Shown here piece after piece: positions 18,424 to 27,083 of a stretch of 42,742 nt of DNA. The notes beneath the pieces are model-generated. The model made no database searches. It had not been told where the DNA came from and saw only the letters and a program-made list of their open reading frames with translations. Position 1 is the first letter of the stretch. Each line of letters starts with the position of its first letter. The position numbers were made by a program, and so were the translations under genes. Origin of the DNA: Candidatus Zixiibacteriota bacterium (GTDB taxonomy: Bacteria; Zixibacteria; MSB-5A5; UBA10806; 4484-95); the NCBI GenBank assembly GCA_029932605.1, contig JAOZPT010000015.1, positions 1 through 42,742 of the forward strand, given 5' to 3'.

Positions 18424-18441
18424 TAATAATGCTTATTATTA
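18424..18441. promoter_or_regulatory. Candidate Per/Fur box (autoregulation)
   Basis: TAATAAT-GCTT-ATTATTA inverted repeat just upstream of the perR ATG; resembles the Fur consensus on the minus strand. Confidence 0.55.
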
Positions 18442-18555
18442 CTAATAATTTATTGAATAAGTTCCCATGATTTTAGAATATTTTTCATAATTCTATGTAT
18501 GAAACATAAACCGGAGACCGTAATTTTTTCAATTGCCTCAAGAGTTACCCTCTTT

Positions 18556-20049
18556 TTATCTGGGATAACAGTTTAAAAATTCTTCCTGCAAATACCGATG
18601 CATGTTAAAATCCCTGTCAGTTGAATCTGCTGGAGTTAAAAACATAAACGGCTCTGAGCTCTCATATGCCGATATGGAGTGACAAAGAACACAATCATAA
18701 GATATACTATTATTATTTTCATCCACGAGTTTTGAATTATGGCACCGGAAACAACCGTTTTCTCCTTTGTGGCCGATAAGACTTGGGTAACTTCCCCATG
18801 ATATATTCATCTGAGGATGAATATTTCTATTGTAAATATCCCCAAGCACGCTGATGCAGGTATCGATAACAGCGATGTTCTGGGTTATCACCTCTGGATA
18901 ATTACGCTTGTAATAACCTCTTAGATGATTAGCGATACCATTTTGGGCGGTGTTTTTATCAGGATAGATTTTAATTATAGCGTGAAGGGCTTCTCTGTTT
19001 AGATATGGCAAGGAGAAATCTAATAATCCTTCGCTTATCCGTTTATTAATCGCTCTCTGTGGGTCTTCATATATGTGTGTTGCGCGGTTATGGCAATCAA
19101 CACAATCGAGGACCCGAATTTTTTCAATTTCATCTGGTTTCTGCTGGTAATCTTTGTTTGTATAACGTTTGAAATTGCCATCAAGTTGATGGACTTCCAC
19201 CCATAACATTTTTTCCCGCTTATCTTCAACAGAGGCATACCGAATTTCGTTCTTCTGGGCTATATGCCAGTGTATACCAGAGCGTTGCCCACTTTTTCCC
19301 GTGTCGATTTTCAAACCTAAAGAGGTATATTTAGGTGTGGAGAGCGAGTCCCTTTTATAATTAACCATTGTTATTAACCGAGTGCCGTAGAATTTGTCGG
19401 GCCAGTGGCATTTTTCGCAAGTTTCCCTTGCCGGACGAAGTTGATGAACGGGTGTGGGAATTGGACGCTCATACAAATTAAGAGTAACTGATATCATTTG
19501 CCAAGCGCCGTTGAGCTTGGAATCAACAAGAGCGCCAACGCCCTCGCCGACATGACATTCTACACACTTAACCTTAGCATGCGGTGAAACCTGGTAAGTT
19601 GTCCATTCAGGATCCATCACACTGTGGCAGGCGGTTCCACAAAAATACGGTTCGTCCATAAAGTGAAGCATTCTGATACTGGCGCAACCAAGAAAGAGGA
19701 TATTGATAATTGTTAAAACGATAAATGTTCTGAATACTTTCGCGCCTGAAACTCCTGCCTTTGTATCAACCGGTTCGAAACGCTCATTTAAAAGCTCTAT
19801 AGTGGTTTTACCCGTGTTTTTTTTATACTTATACCAACCAATCGGTGTTAAAATCAGGCCTATGACGAAGAGAGAAGGAAACAATAAATAAACAATCAAT
19901 CCAATATAGGCGTTGGTGAGAACTTCTGTTAACATTGCCAGTTGAGCGATTAGAAATATAATAAATGAAGATGTGATCAGCACTACTCCGAGTTTGCTGA
20001 CCCCGTTTACTGAAATGCCATATATAAAATTACCAAACTTCGTGAACAA
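18556..20049 (-). CDS. Membrane-anchored multiheme cytochrome c with an N-terminal NapC/NirT-like domain
   Basis: About three N-terminal TM segments; CGTACH (CX3CH), CVECH, CEKCH, CVDCH, CFRCH, CVLCH. Confidence 0.85.
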   Translation of the reverse strand: MFTKFGNFIYGISVNGVSKLGVVLITSSFIIFLIAQLAMLTEVLTNAYIGLIVYLLFPSLFVIGLILTPIGWYKYKKNTGKTTIELLNERFEPVDTKAGVSGAKVFRTFIVLTIINILFLGCASIRMLHFMDEPYFCGTACHSVMDPEWTTYQVSPHAKVKCVECHVGEGVGALVDSKLNGAWQMISVTLNLYERPIPTPVHQLRPARETCEKCHWPDKFYGTRLITMVNYKRDSLSTPKYTSLGLKIDTGKSGQRSGIHWHIAQKNEIRYASVEDKREKMLWVEVHQLDGNFKRYTNKDYQQKPDEIEKIRVLDCVDCHNRATHIYEDPQRAINKRISEGLLDFSLPYLNREALHAIIKIYPDKNTAQNGIANHLRGYYKRNYPEVITQNIAVIDTCISVLGDIYNRNIHPQMNISWGSYPSLIGHKGENGCFRCHNSKLVDENNNSISYDCVLCHSISAYESSEPFMFLTPADSTDRDFNMHRYLQEEFLNCYPR

Positions 20050-20058
20050 GGTGCAACC

Positions 20059-21393
20059 TTAGTTTAGCCCGAACAGTTTTTTATAGATTTTCTGCATCTT
20101 GCCACTGCGTATATTTTCCTTAAGAGTCTTGGCGTCTTGGGACAACCAGGTATGCATCGGATCATCGGTCAACATCTTGTCTATATAGGTATTTACCTCG
20201 GTATCATTGTAAGCGCGTGCCTGGGGTAAGAAAACGAAATAGAAATTATATGCAACGTCATAAATACCATGCCACCAGGTATAATCAGGCCCCATCATTG
20301 AGGCACCATGACGAGCGCGCCGTCCCTCGTGGTGCCAGAGTTCCCAGAATGACCACTCGATATCGTTGCTGAAACCAGCCGGGTTTTCCATTAATTTATT
20401 TTTCTTTACAATATTCATGATATCAGTGGCAGGTCTGGCGAATTTCTCGTTGTAAAGGTGAACAAGGGCATCATACTGATAGTAATGGCCATTTACAAAA
20501 GTTTCCCCATGACAGTTTGTGCAGACCTGTTTCATATTTCCGCGTTTCTTTTTCCAATTTTCTTTATGCTTTGAAATGACGGGTCGAAGCGTCCAACTAA
20601 TACGTTGACCGACATCATGGGTTGCTTTTTGAGTGGGAGCTTCCGACATATGACAGGTGGCGCAGGTAGGCGCTTTAAAATAATCCTGTCCTACAACCCA
20701 ACGATCGGAATTTATATTCATTTCATCCAGATTTGTATAATAAACGTTGCCATGTTTAGATTCTTCATATATTTCTTTCTGTGGATGGTCAGGTCCAAGG
20801 TGGCATTTAGAACATGCTTCGGGTTTACGCGCTTGCGCTTTACTGAAAGAATGACGGGTATGACAAGCATTGCATGAGCCAAGAGAACCGTCAGGGTTGA
20901 TACGGCCAATACCGGAATTGGGCCAGTTTTTATGGGAAAGTTTGTTGGGCGAATTTTTATCAATAACAACTTTTGTCCCGTGACAGCTTTCGCATCCGGT
21001 TATAGCCACTGGCTCGCCACCAGCAACATGAGCCAGATAGGCATCATTGGATTTCAGTATCTGCCCGGCGGTAGCGTGATATGAATTTCCTACCTCAGAA
21101 AATTGCTTATCATGGCACTGACCACAGTCTTTGGGAGTCACCAGTGTAGCGATTAACGCCCCCTCATGCTCGAAAGCATCTTTATCTTTTCTGTCGGCGC
21201 TATGGCAATTCAAGCAGGTAACATTATGCGTTGCATGCTCGGACATATACCACTGATTGTATAATCCCGGTGATTTCTCTTTGTGGCAGGTCATGCACTT
21301 ACCAGTGACCGTCGGGTTAGAATCACCGCCATTTGCCATGATGTTAATTGCAACAATAAGTGCAAAGGTGAAAATAATGGTTATAATTCTCAT
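20059..21393 (-). CDS. Periplasmic octaheme cytochrome of the hydroxylamine oxidoreductase (HAO)-like family
   Basis: Signal peptide; 8 CxxCH; GIGRINPDGS.GSCNACHTRH, CHLGPDHPQ.EIY.ESKHG, ELWHHEGRRARHGASMMGPDY. Confidence 0.88.
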   Translation of the reverse strand: MRIITIIFTFALIVAINIMANGGDSNPTVTGKCMTCHKEKSPGLYNQWYMSEHATHNVTCLNCHSADRKDKDAFEHEGALIATLVTPKDCGQCHDKQFSEVGNSYHATAGQILKSNDAYLAHVAGGEPVAITGCESCHGTKVVIDKNSPNKLSHKNWPNSGIGRINPDGSLGSCNACHTRHSFSKAQARKPEACSKCHLGPDHPQKEIYEESKHGNVYYTNLDEMNINSDRWVVGQDYFKAPTCATCHMSEAPTQKATHDVGQRISWTLRPVISKHKENWKKKRGNMKQVCTNCHGETFVNGHYYQYDALVHLYNEKFARPATDIMNIVKKNKLMENPAGFSNDIEWSFWELWHHEGRRARHGASMMGPDYTWWHGIYDVAYNFYFVFLPQARAYNDTEVNTYIDKMLTDDPMHTWLSQDAKTLKENIRSGKMQKIYKKLFGLN

Positions 21394-21658
21394 TGTCTCA
21401 CTCCTTTTTACTTAAGTTTTCGATCTGTTATCGCCTAAACTTTTGTTGAAAAAAATTTATGGTTTCACCGTTTATAACCGGATCGCGGTATTAATTTGAT
21501 TAGTGCAATCATTTTATAATGTGAATATTATAGTTTCATGTGAAAAACCAGCATTTTTTACAATATATAGCTACCTGTTCAATGCCAGCAATCTTTAATA
21601 TGTTTACAGCAAGAATACGATGATCTTTTATTATAAAATTAATCAGGAGCAATACTAT

Positions 21659-22039
21659 CTATTTTCCTTTGATCATCGTTAAAAGCATTTTGAAACGTTC
21701 CTCGGCAAAAACAGCATGCGGGATATCAGCTGGCATTAAAACCAGTTCACCTGATGAAGCTTTTATCTGTTTACCGCCAATGGTCAACAGCGCTCTGCCA
21801 TCAATGACCTGTACAATAGCGTCATAGGGGGCAGAGTGTTCGCTTAGACCCTGACCGGCATCGAATGAAAAAATCGTCATCGTGCCGGATTTGTTATTGG
21901 TAATTGTCCGGCTGACAATAGAATCGTTTGTATAATCCGTTAAGCTTTTTATATCGTAAGGGACCGATGGAACCAAGCTACTGTCCGATTTTATCTTTCT
22001 TATGTGTTCGGATCTATCACTTGCATAATCATTTTTCAT
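21659..22039 (-). CDS. Cupin domain protein
   Basis: FSFDAGQGLSEHSAP, LMPADIPHAV, FKMLL. Confidence 0.88.
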   Translation of the reverse strand: MKNDYASDRSEHIRKIKSDSSLVPSVPYDIKSLTDYTNDSIVSRTITNNKSGTMTIFSFDAGQGLSEHSAPYDAIVQVIDGRALLTIGGKQIKASSGELVLMPADIPHAVFAEERFKMLLTMIKGK

Positions 22040-23261
22040 AATTTAAGAGCCTTCTTTCGCCTTCAAGTTTACGTTTTTCGGTCAGATCCTGACTGACTTC
22101 CAAGGTGCCCAGATATTCGCCTTTATCATCGCGTAAGGCGAAATACTCGATATGGATAAAGCGATCATTCAAATTAATCCAGAAGGCACAGCTCTCCTGA
22201 TGGCCATTTTTAAAATCGGATAAAATATCCTCGACAACGCTGACACTCGATGGGGGATGGCAATGCTGTACTTTGCGGCCAAGGATAGCTCGGTTCCTGG
22301 CGAATATACGTTCCTTACCTTGAGTGAAATAGCGCACTTTATCGTCTTTATCAACAAAGGTCAAATCGAAGGGAATTGTATTTAATATTGCTTGAAGTTC
22401 AGTTGCGCTGAAATTGCCACTGGGGAGTTGAATCCTATTGTTGTCAACCGATCGAATATTCTTCTTGAGTTCTTTTGGATGCCATTTTGCTTGAGGGTCG
22501 TATAGGCAAAAGCCAATCTCCACACTTTGCTTATAAATTTCATACCACTCTGAATCCGAAAGTTTGTCCAGGCACATTGGAAACAAAATTTCGTTTTCTT
22601 TATATATCATCTCCTCGACGGATTTGGATGCCGGTTTAAGTGTAAGCTCTGTTACGGTTTTGGCTTTACCGGCCGATATGGATTCAGCTTGGGATGATAG
22701 CGTTTCCATGGCCGCTTTTAGAAGTTCCCTGGTTTCATCGTGTTTGCCCCACATGACCGTTGGCGGTCCGGTTATACCATGTTTCTCCAAAAAAGGGAAG
22801 AGAAGATTCTCCTTGCGCTGATAGTGTTTATCCACATCCATCAAAGCGTTAAAATGAGTTTTGATTTCATTCCAGATTTGTCCCAGGTTATCATTATTAT
22901 CCAGTTCGCTTATTTTGGCATACAATTTTTCCAGTTTATCGATTTCCCAGGCTAAGGCGCGATTTTCCATTTTGAATGTATGTACTGGATGGCCGACAAC
23001 TGCGCTTTTGGCACCCTTATGGTCAATAGTCCCCTTTAATGCCTTAGTATGAATATCACATAACTTTAAAATCTCTTCCTGAGGTAATCCTTCTGATATC
23101 AATTCCTGCTCTACCTCAACGATATCTGAATAAGGAACTTTACCCATTAATTGAATTAGCTGCGTTTTTACTTCATGAGGCGCCTTGCCCTCGTGAAGCT
23201 GGAGTATCATAAGCTTTAAAATCTTTTTTCTTTTGACAGCATTATTAATCATCTCGCTCAT
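22029..23261 (-). CDS. DUF438 / hemerythrin-like / PAS domain protein
   Basis: EQELISEG..LCDIH, GHPVHTFKMEN, HYQRKENLLFP, VMWGKHDE, PAS with CHPP. Confidence 0.88.
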   Translation of the reverse strand: MSEMINNAVKRKKILKLMILQLHEGKAPHEVKTQLIQLMGKVPYSDIVEVEQELISEGLPQEEILKLCDIHTKALKGTIDHKGAKSAVVGHPVHTFKMENRALAWEIDKLEKLYAKISELDNNDNLGQIWNEIKTHFNALMDVDKHYQRKENLLFPFLEKHGITGPPTVMWGKHDETRELLKAAMETLSSQAESISAGKAKTVTELTLKPASKSVEEMIYKENEILFPMCLDKLSDSEWYEIYKQSVEIGFCLYDPQAKWHPKELKKNIRSVDNNRIQLPSGNFSATELQAILNTIPFDLTFVDKDDKVRYFTQGKERIFARNRAILGRKVQHCHPPSSVSVVEDILSDFKNGHQESCAFWINLNDRFIHIEYFALRDDKGEYLGTLEVSQDLTEKRKLEGERRLLNYEK

Positions 23262-23388
23262 AGATTTTCCTTTTTGTTATCATTCCGTTCAAATAAATCC
23301 AGCTAATAATAAAAAGAACCAATTGATTAGCCACTTGGTTCCACCTTATTTCCGATTTAATATATCATAATATGAACTTGGAAAATCT

Positions 23389-23402
23389 TTGACTTAGATC
23401 GA
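23389..23402. promoter_or_regulatory. Candidate Fnr/HcpR-type box
   Basis: TTGAC-TTAG-ATCGA, near TTGAY-N4-RTCAA, about 130 bp upstream of the DUF438 gene. Confidence 0.4.
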
Positions 23403-23714
23403 GAAATTAGAATTTTTCTCTTTCCGCGATGGAAATTAAGCGGTTAATTTCCGGAATGGTGATTTACTGGTTATCAACTTTTATTAAATCGTTGTCAAGA
23501 CCGGTGAATAGTGAATTTTCCCTTATGTAACTCATGGCCTCGTATATAAACAACATAATTGAAGTACCTGTCAATAATTTTAAAAAATGTTCTTAAAAAA
23601 CTTTCCTATTTTAGTAGGAAAGATATGATCTGTTAGATACTGATAATATTCAAAAAGGACATGATAACTTATAGCTGCATATATAAATATGTTGAATAAT
23701 AACAGATTGTCAAA

Positions 23715-24182
23715 TTGAAAGGAACAAAAAGAAGTAACTTCGGGTTAGTTAAAGTAATGGTGAATTCAATCAAGATAAATAATTGGTGGTTAAATAGGAC
23801 TTATCGTATCTTAGTAATTGCCGCTTTCTCATCTTTCTTGACTGTAGGACCTTTTAGCCAGATTATTCTATCCTCTCAAATAGCTGGTTGTGAATGCTGT
23901 CAACCCTGTAAATGTTGTCGTGTGCCGTCGGTAGACAATCATTTGAACGAGATCTCCGGAGGATGCGGTTGCAAAGTTTCGAATACTCCCCACATACCCC
24001 GGTTTCCGTTAGGATTGAACTATGAACAAGTTAGTAGAGTTGATATATCATTCGGCGTTATCGAAATCAAACCATTTAATTTCACCTATGATGTCAATGA
24101 TATTAGCCATAAATCGATAGATTATTCAATAGCTCTAAAAACCCCTCCTTTATATTTAATTAATTCCACATTTCTCATTTAA
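23715..24182 (+). CDS. Hypothetical Cys-rich protein upstream of the cus-like operon (true start probably downstream)
   Basis: Hydrophobic segment, CECCQPCKCC...GCGC, C-terminal PPLY...STFLI typical of small proteins preceding heavy-metal RND operons. Confidence 0.55.
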   Translation: MKGTKRSNFGLVKVMVNSIKINNWWLNRTYRILVIAAFSSFLTVGPFSQIILSSQIAGCECCQPCKCCRVPSVDNHLNEISGGCGCKVSNTPHIPRFPLGLNYEQVSRVDISFGVIEIKPFNFTYDVNDISHKSIDYSIALKTPPLYLINSTFLI

Positions 24183-24235
24183 AATCCTTCCTTTTTTAAA
24201 ATCAGGTTATAGGTGCGCCCATAATCATTATTAAA

Positions 24236-25534
24236 ATGGAAGGAGTTTTTGTGTTGAAAATTATCTGTCTCTGGATGATCATTATGGTCATTCCAATTAC
24301 AAATAATATATCTTTAGCTGGGGAAATCGATATTGTTCTTGATTCGCTTATTCAAGTTGCTTTGGAGAAAAATCCGGATATAATTGCGGCAGAATCAAAC
24401 TATCAAGCGGCTCAATATAACAAGAAAGCATCAGGCTGGTTACCCGACCCAATAATCTTGATTGCGGGATCAAACTTGCCATACACCAGCTTAAGTCTTG
24501 GTCAGACAGCTATGTCTGGTGTCTCGATTGGATTTTCGCAAAAGATCCCCTGGCCAGGCAAACTTTCCAGTAAAAAAAATATTGCGGGTCTTAAAACCCG
24601 GGAGAGAAAAATAGCTCATTTAGCTTGGGAAAACAAGATTGTACGTATGGTGAAATCCGCTTATTTCGAATTCTCTTACTGGAGACTTGTTGAAGATATC
24701 ATCGACGAGAATATTCTCGTGATGAAATCACTGGCTGAAATTGCCCAAACTAAATATGCTAATGGAGAGGGTCTGGCTCAGGATGTTTTAAGTATCCAAA
24801 CATTGCTTTCAAAAACAGAAGATAAAAGATTAGATGCGGTTAATAAGAAAAAAACGGCTTTAGCTAAACTCAACCAGCTTACTGATGAACCTGCGTATAA
24901 GATTAGAGATATTCCTGCAAAATTGCCGGCAATTGACACCAGTTCGATTCGGTTAGAGAGATTAATCGGTGAAGCTAATTTAAAGAATCCGTTTCTTGGC
25001 TTATCCTCAAACAAATTTAAACAGGCTAGTGAAAAGAGAGCATTGGCGAAAAATAACTATTGGCCTGATATTATTTTTAGCGCTGAATATCGCTTCAGGG
25101 AAGATGCCCCTATGGATGCGGTTAATGGTGAAGATTTTATCTCGGTGCGATTTGGATTATCCTTACCACTTTGGTTTTTTAAAAAACAGGACAATCAATA
25201 CAAATCATCTATTAAAGAATTAAGCGCTGCCCGTATAAGTTTAGAGTCTGTTAAGCAGCAAGTCGAGTATGAAATCACAACTGTTTCCCTCGAAATAGAC
25301 CGCTATCGCCAGGGATTCATGCTTTATGATGAGGTGATTATACCCCAAGCAGAAGCCGCTCTGGAGTCAGCCAATATCGCTTATCAGGTGGGCAAAGTTG
25401 ATTTCCTCAATCTGCTCACTGCCCAATTGCGGTTATTTGAATTGCAGATTGAAGAACTTAGAATGTTGAAAGATTACAATCAAACGCTGGCGACTCTTGA
25501 TGAGATTGTTGGCGAAAGTTATGGAGGCAAATGA
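24236..25534 (+). CDS. TolC-family outer membrane efflux protein (CusC-like)
   Basis: ALEKNP, WLPDP, SQKIPWPGK, YQVGKVDFLNLL; precedes the MFP and RND genes. Confidence 0.88.
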   Translation: MEGVFVLKIICLWMIIMVIPITNNISLAGEIDIVLDSLIQVALEKNPDIIAAESNYQAAQYNKKASGWLPDPIILIAGSNLPYTSLSLGQTAMSGVSIGFSQKIPWPGKLSSKKNIAGLKTRERKIAHLAWENKIVRMVKSAYFEFSYWRLVEDIIDENILVMKSLAEIAQTKYANGEGLAQDVLSIQTLLSKTEDKRLDAVNKKKTALAKLNQLTDEPAYKIRDIPAKLPAIDTSSIRLERLIGEANLKNPFLGLSSNKFKQASEKRALAKNNYWPDIIFSAEYRFREDAPMDAVNGEDFISVRFGLSLPLWFFKKQDNQYKSSIKELSAARISLESVKQQVEYEITTVSLEIDRYRQGFMLYDEVIIPQAEAALESANIAYQVGKVDFLNLLTAQLRLFELQIEELRMLKDYNQTLATLDEIVGESYGGK

Positions 25535-25535
25535 A

Positions 25536-27083
25536 ATGAAAACAGCAACCGCTATTATAATTGCACTGTTAATCGGATTTGGGTCCTCCTTTGTTATATT
25601 CAACCCAAATCAAACATCGACCTTAAGCGGTGAGACGCGGTCAAAACAACAATATACATGCGGTATGCATCCCGAGATAATTTCCGACGAACCGGGTTAT
25701 TGCACTATTTGCGGGATGAAACTCACTCTTAAAAAAGATGGTTACGGTTCCAGTGGGGGTTTGATTGTTATAGATCCGACAATGATTCAGAACATGGGAT
25801 TAAAAACGACCAAAGCATCATACCGTTCAATATCCAAATCAATACATACGTTCGGTAAGATTAAATATAGCGTGCCTTTGGTTCAGACAGTTAATATTAA
25901 AATATCGGGTTGGGTCGAAAAACTTTTTGTCGATTACGAAGGAGCGATCGTTAAATCAGGTCAACCTTTATTGAAATTATATTCACCGGAACTTGTTGCA
26001 GCCCAGCGCGAATACCTCGTGGCTTTAGAGAATAAAAGAAAATTATCTACAACTACCATATCTGCAATATCTGCTTCTGATAAGCTATTGGAGGCCTCCA
26101 TTATGAGGCTTCAAAACTGGGATATTTCACCAGACCAAATTCAGAACCTAGCTGTCACCGGTAAATTGGAAAAATCCATGATTATCAGATCGCCATTCGA
26201 TGGTGTGGTTATTTCCAAGAAGATTGTGACGGGCGATTATCTAAAAGCGGGCGCTGAAGCTTTTAGAATTGCCGACATTTCGGAAGTTTGGGCTGTTGCG
26301 CAAATTTATGAACAGGATATCCCGTTTGTTAGCCTTGGCCAGAAAGCCAAAGTTGAATTACCCTACATGCCCGGGCAGGTTTTCAAAGCCGAGGTTGCAT
26401 ATATATCCCCCTATCTCGGTAACGATCGTCAGGTTGAGATTCGTTTGAATCTACAAAATCCAGATTTTCAACTTAAGCCGGATATGTATGCGGAAATAAT
26501 TTTTGAATCTCAAATGTTAGGTAACCGTCTCACATTACCATTAAAAGCCGTAATCAATTCAGGTAAAAAGGAGATTGTATATGTTGCCTTTGATGATGGC
26601 TCTTTCGAGCCCCGGATTGTAAGGACAGGAGCAGTAGTAGGTGATGATTTTGTCGAGATTATTTCTGGGTTGTCCGAAGGGGAAGAGGTTGTGGTATCAG
26701 GGCAATTTCTGCTTGACTCTGAAAGCCGTCTAAATGAAACTCTGACTTTTACACATCAGCAAGGTCATGAAAGTGATACTCATCAAAAACAAACAAACCT
26801 CCCCGATCATGACGATGAGACGGATACTGTTAAGAAACATAAAACAATGGAATTGTCAGGGATTTATACCTGCCCGATGCCTGAACATTATCACATTCTC
26901 CAATATGGTGAAGGTAAATGCGATGAATGCGGGATGGATTTGGTTCCGGTGGAGAAAACTGACAATACCGAGGTTTACTTTTGCCCTATGGTTGAATGTC
27001 AGGTAGTTTCAACTGAACCAGGCAATTGCCCTAAATGTGGAATGCATCTGATTATACTTGAGCATGGGCAAGATCATGATTAA
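25536..27083 (+). CDS. cusB: CusB-like periplasmic adaptor with three heavy-metal-binding (CxM..CxxCGM) domains
   Basis: YTCGMHP..CTICGM, SGWVEKL, YSPELVAAQREY, SGQFLLDSES, two C-terminal CPM..CxxCGM; GGAGG RBS favours ATG 25536. Confidence 0.88.
   Translation: MKTATAIIIALLIGFGSSFVIFNPNQTSTLSGETRSKQQYTCGMHPEIISDEPGYCTICGMKLTLKKDGYGSSGGLIVIDPTMIQNMGLKTTKASYRSISKSIHTFGKIKYSVPLVQTVNIKISGWVEKLFVDYEGAIVKSGQPLLKLYSPELVAAQREYLVALENKRKLSTTTISAISASDKLLEASIMRLQNWDISPDQIQNLAVTGKLEKSMIIRSPFDGVVISKKIVTGDYLKAGAEAFRIADISEVWAVAQIYEQDIPFVSLGQKAKVELPYMPGQVFKAEVAYISPYLGNDRQVEIRLNLQNPDFQLKPDMYAEIIFESQMLGNRLTLPLKAVINSGKKEIVYVAFDDGSFEPRIVRTGAVVGDDFVEIISGLSEGEEVVVSGQFLLDSESRLNETLTFTHQQGHESDTHQKQTNLPDHDDETDTVKKHKTMELSGIYTCPMPEHYHILQYGEGKCDECGMDLVPVEKTDNTEVYFCPMVECQVVSTEPGNCPKCGMHLIILEHGQDHD

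Noticed and set aside
18508..18517. AAACCGGAGA match to the tRNA-Ser 3' flank as a direct-repeat island boundary
   Set aside because: Only 10 bp and partly outside the tRNA; expected by chance
20059..21393. Evidence for ammonia oxidation or anammox
   Set aside because: HAO-like octahemes are widespread in anaerobes; no amo, cytochrome c554 or hzs genes here
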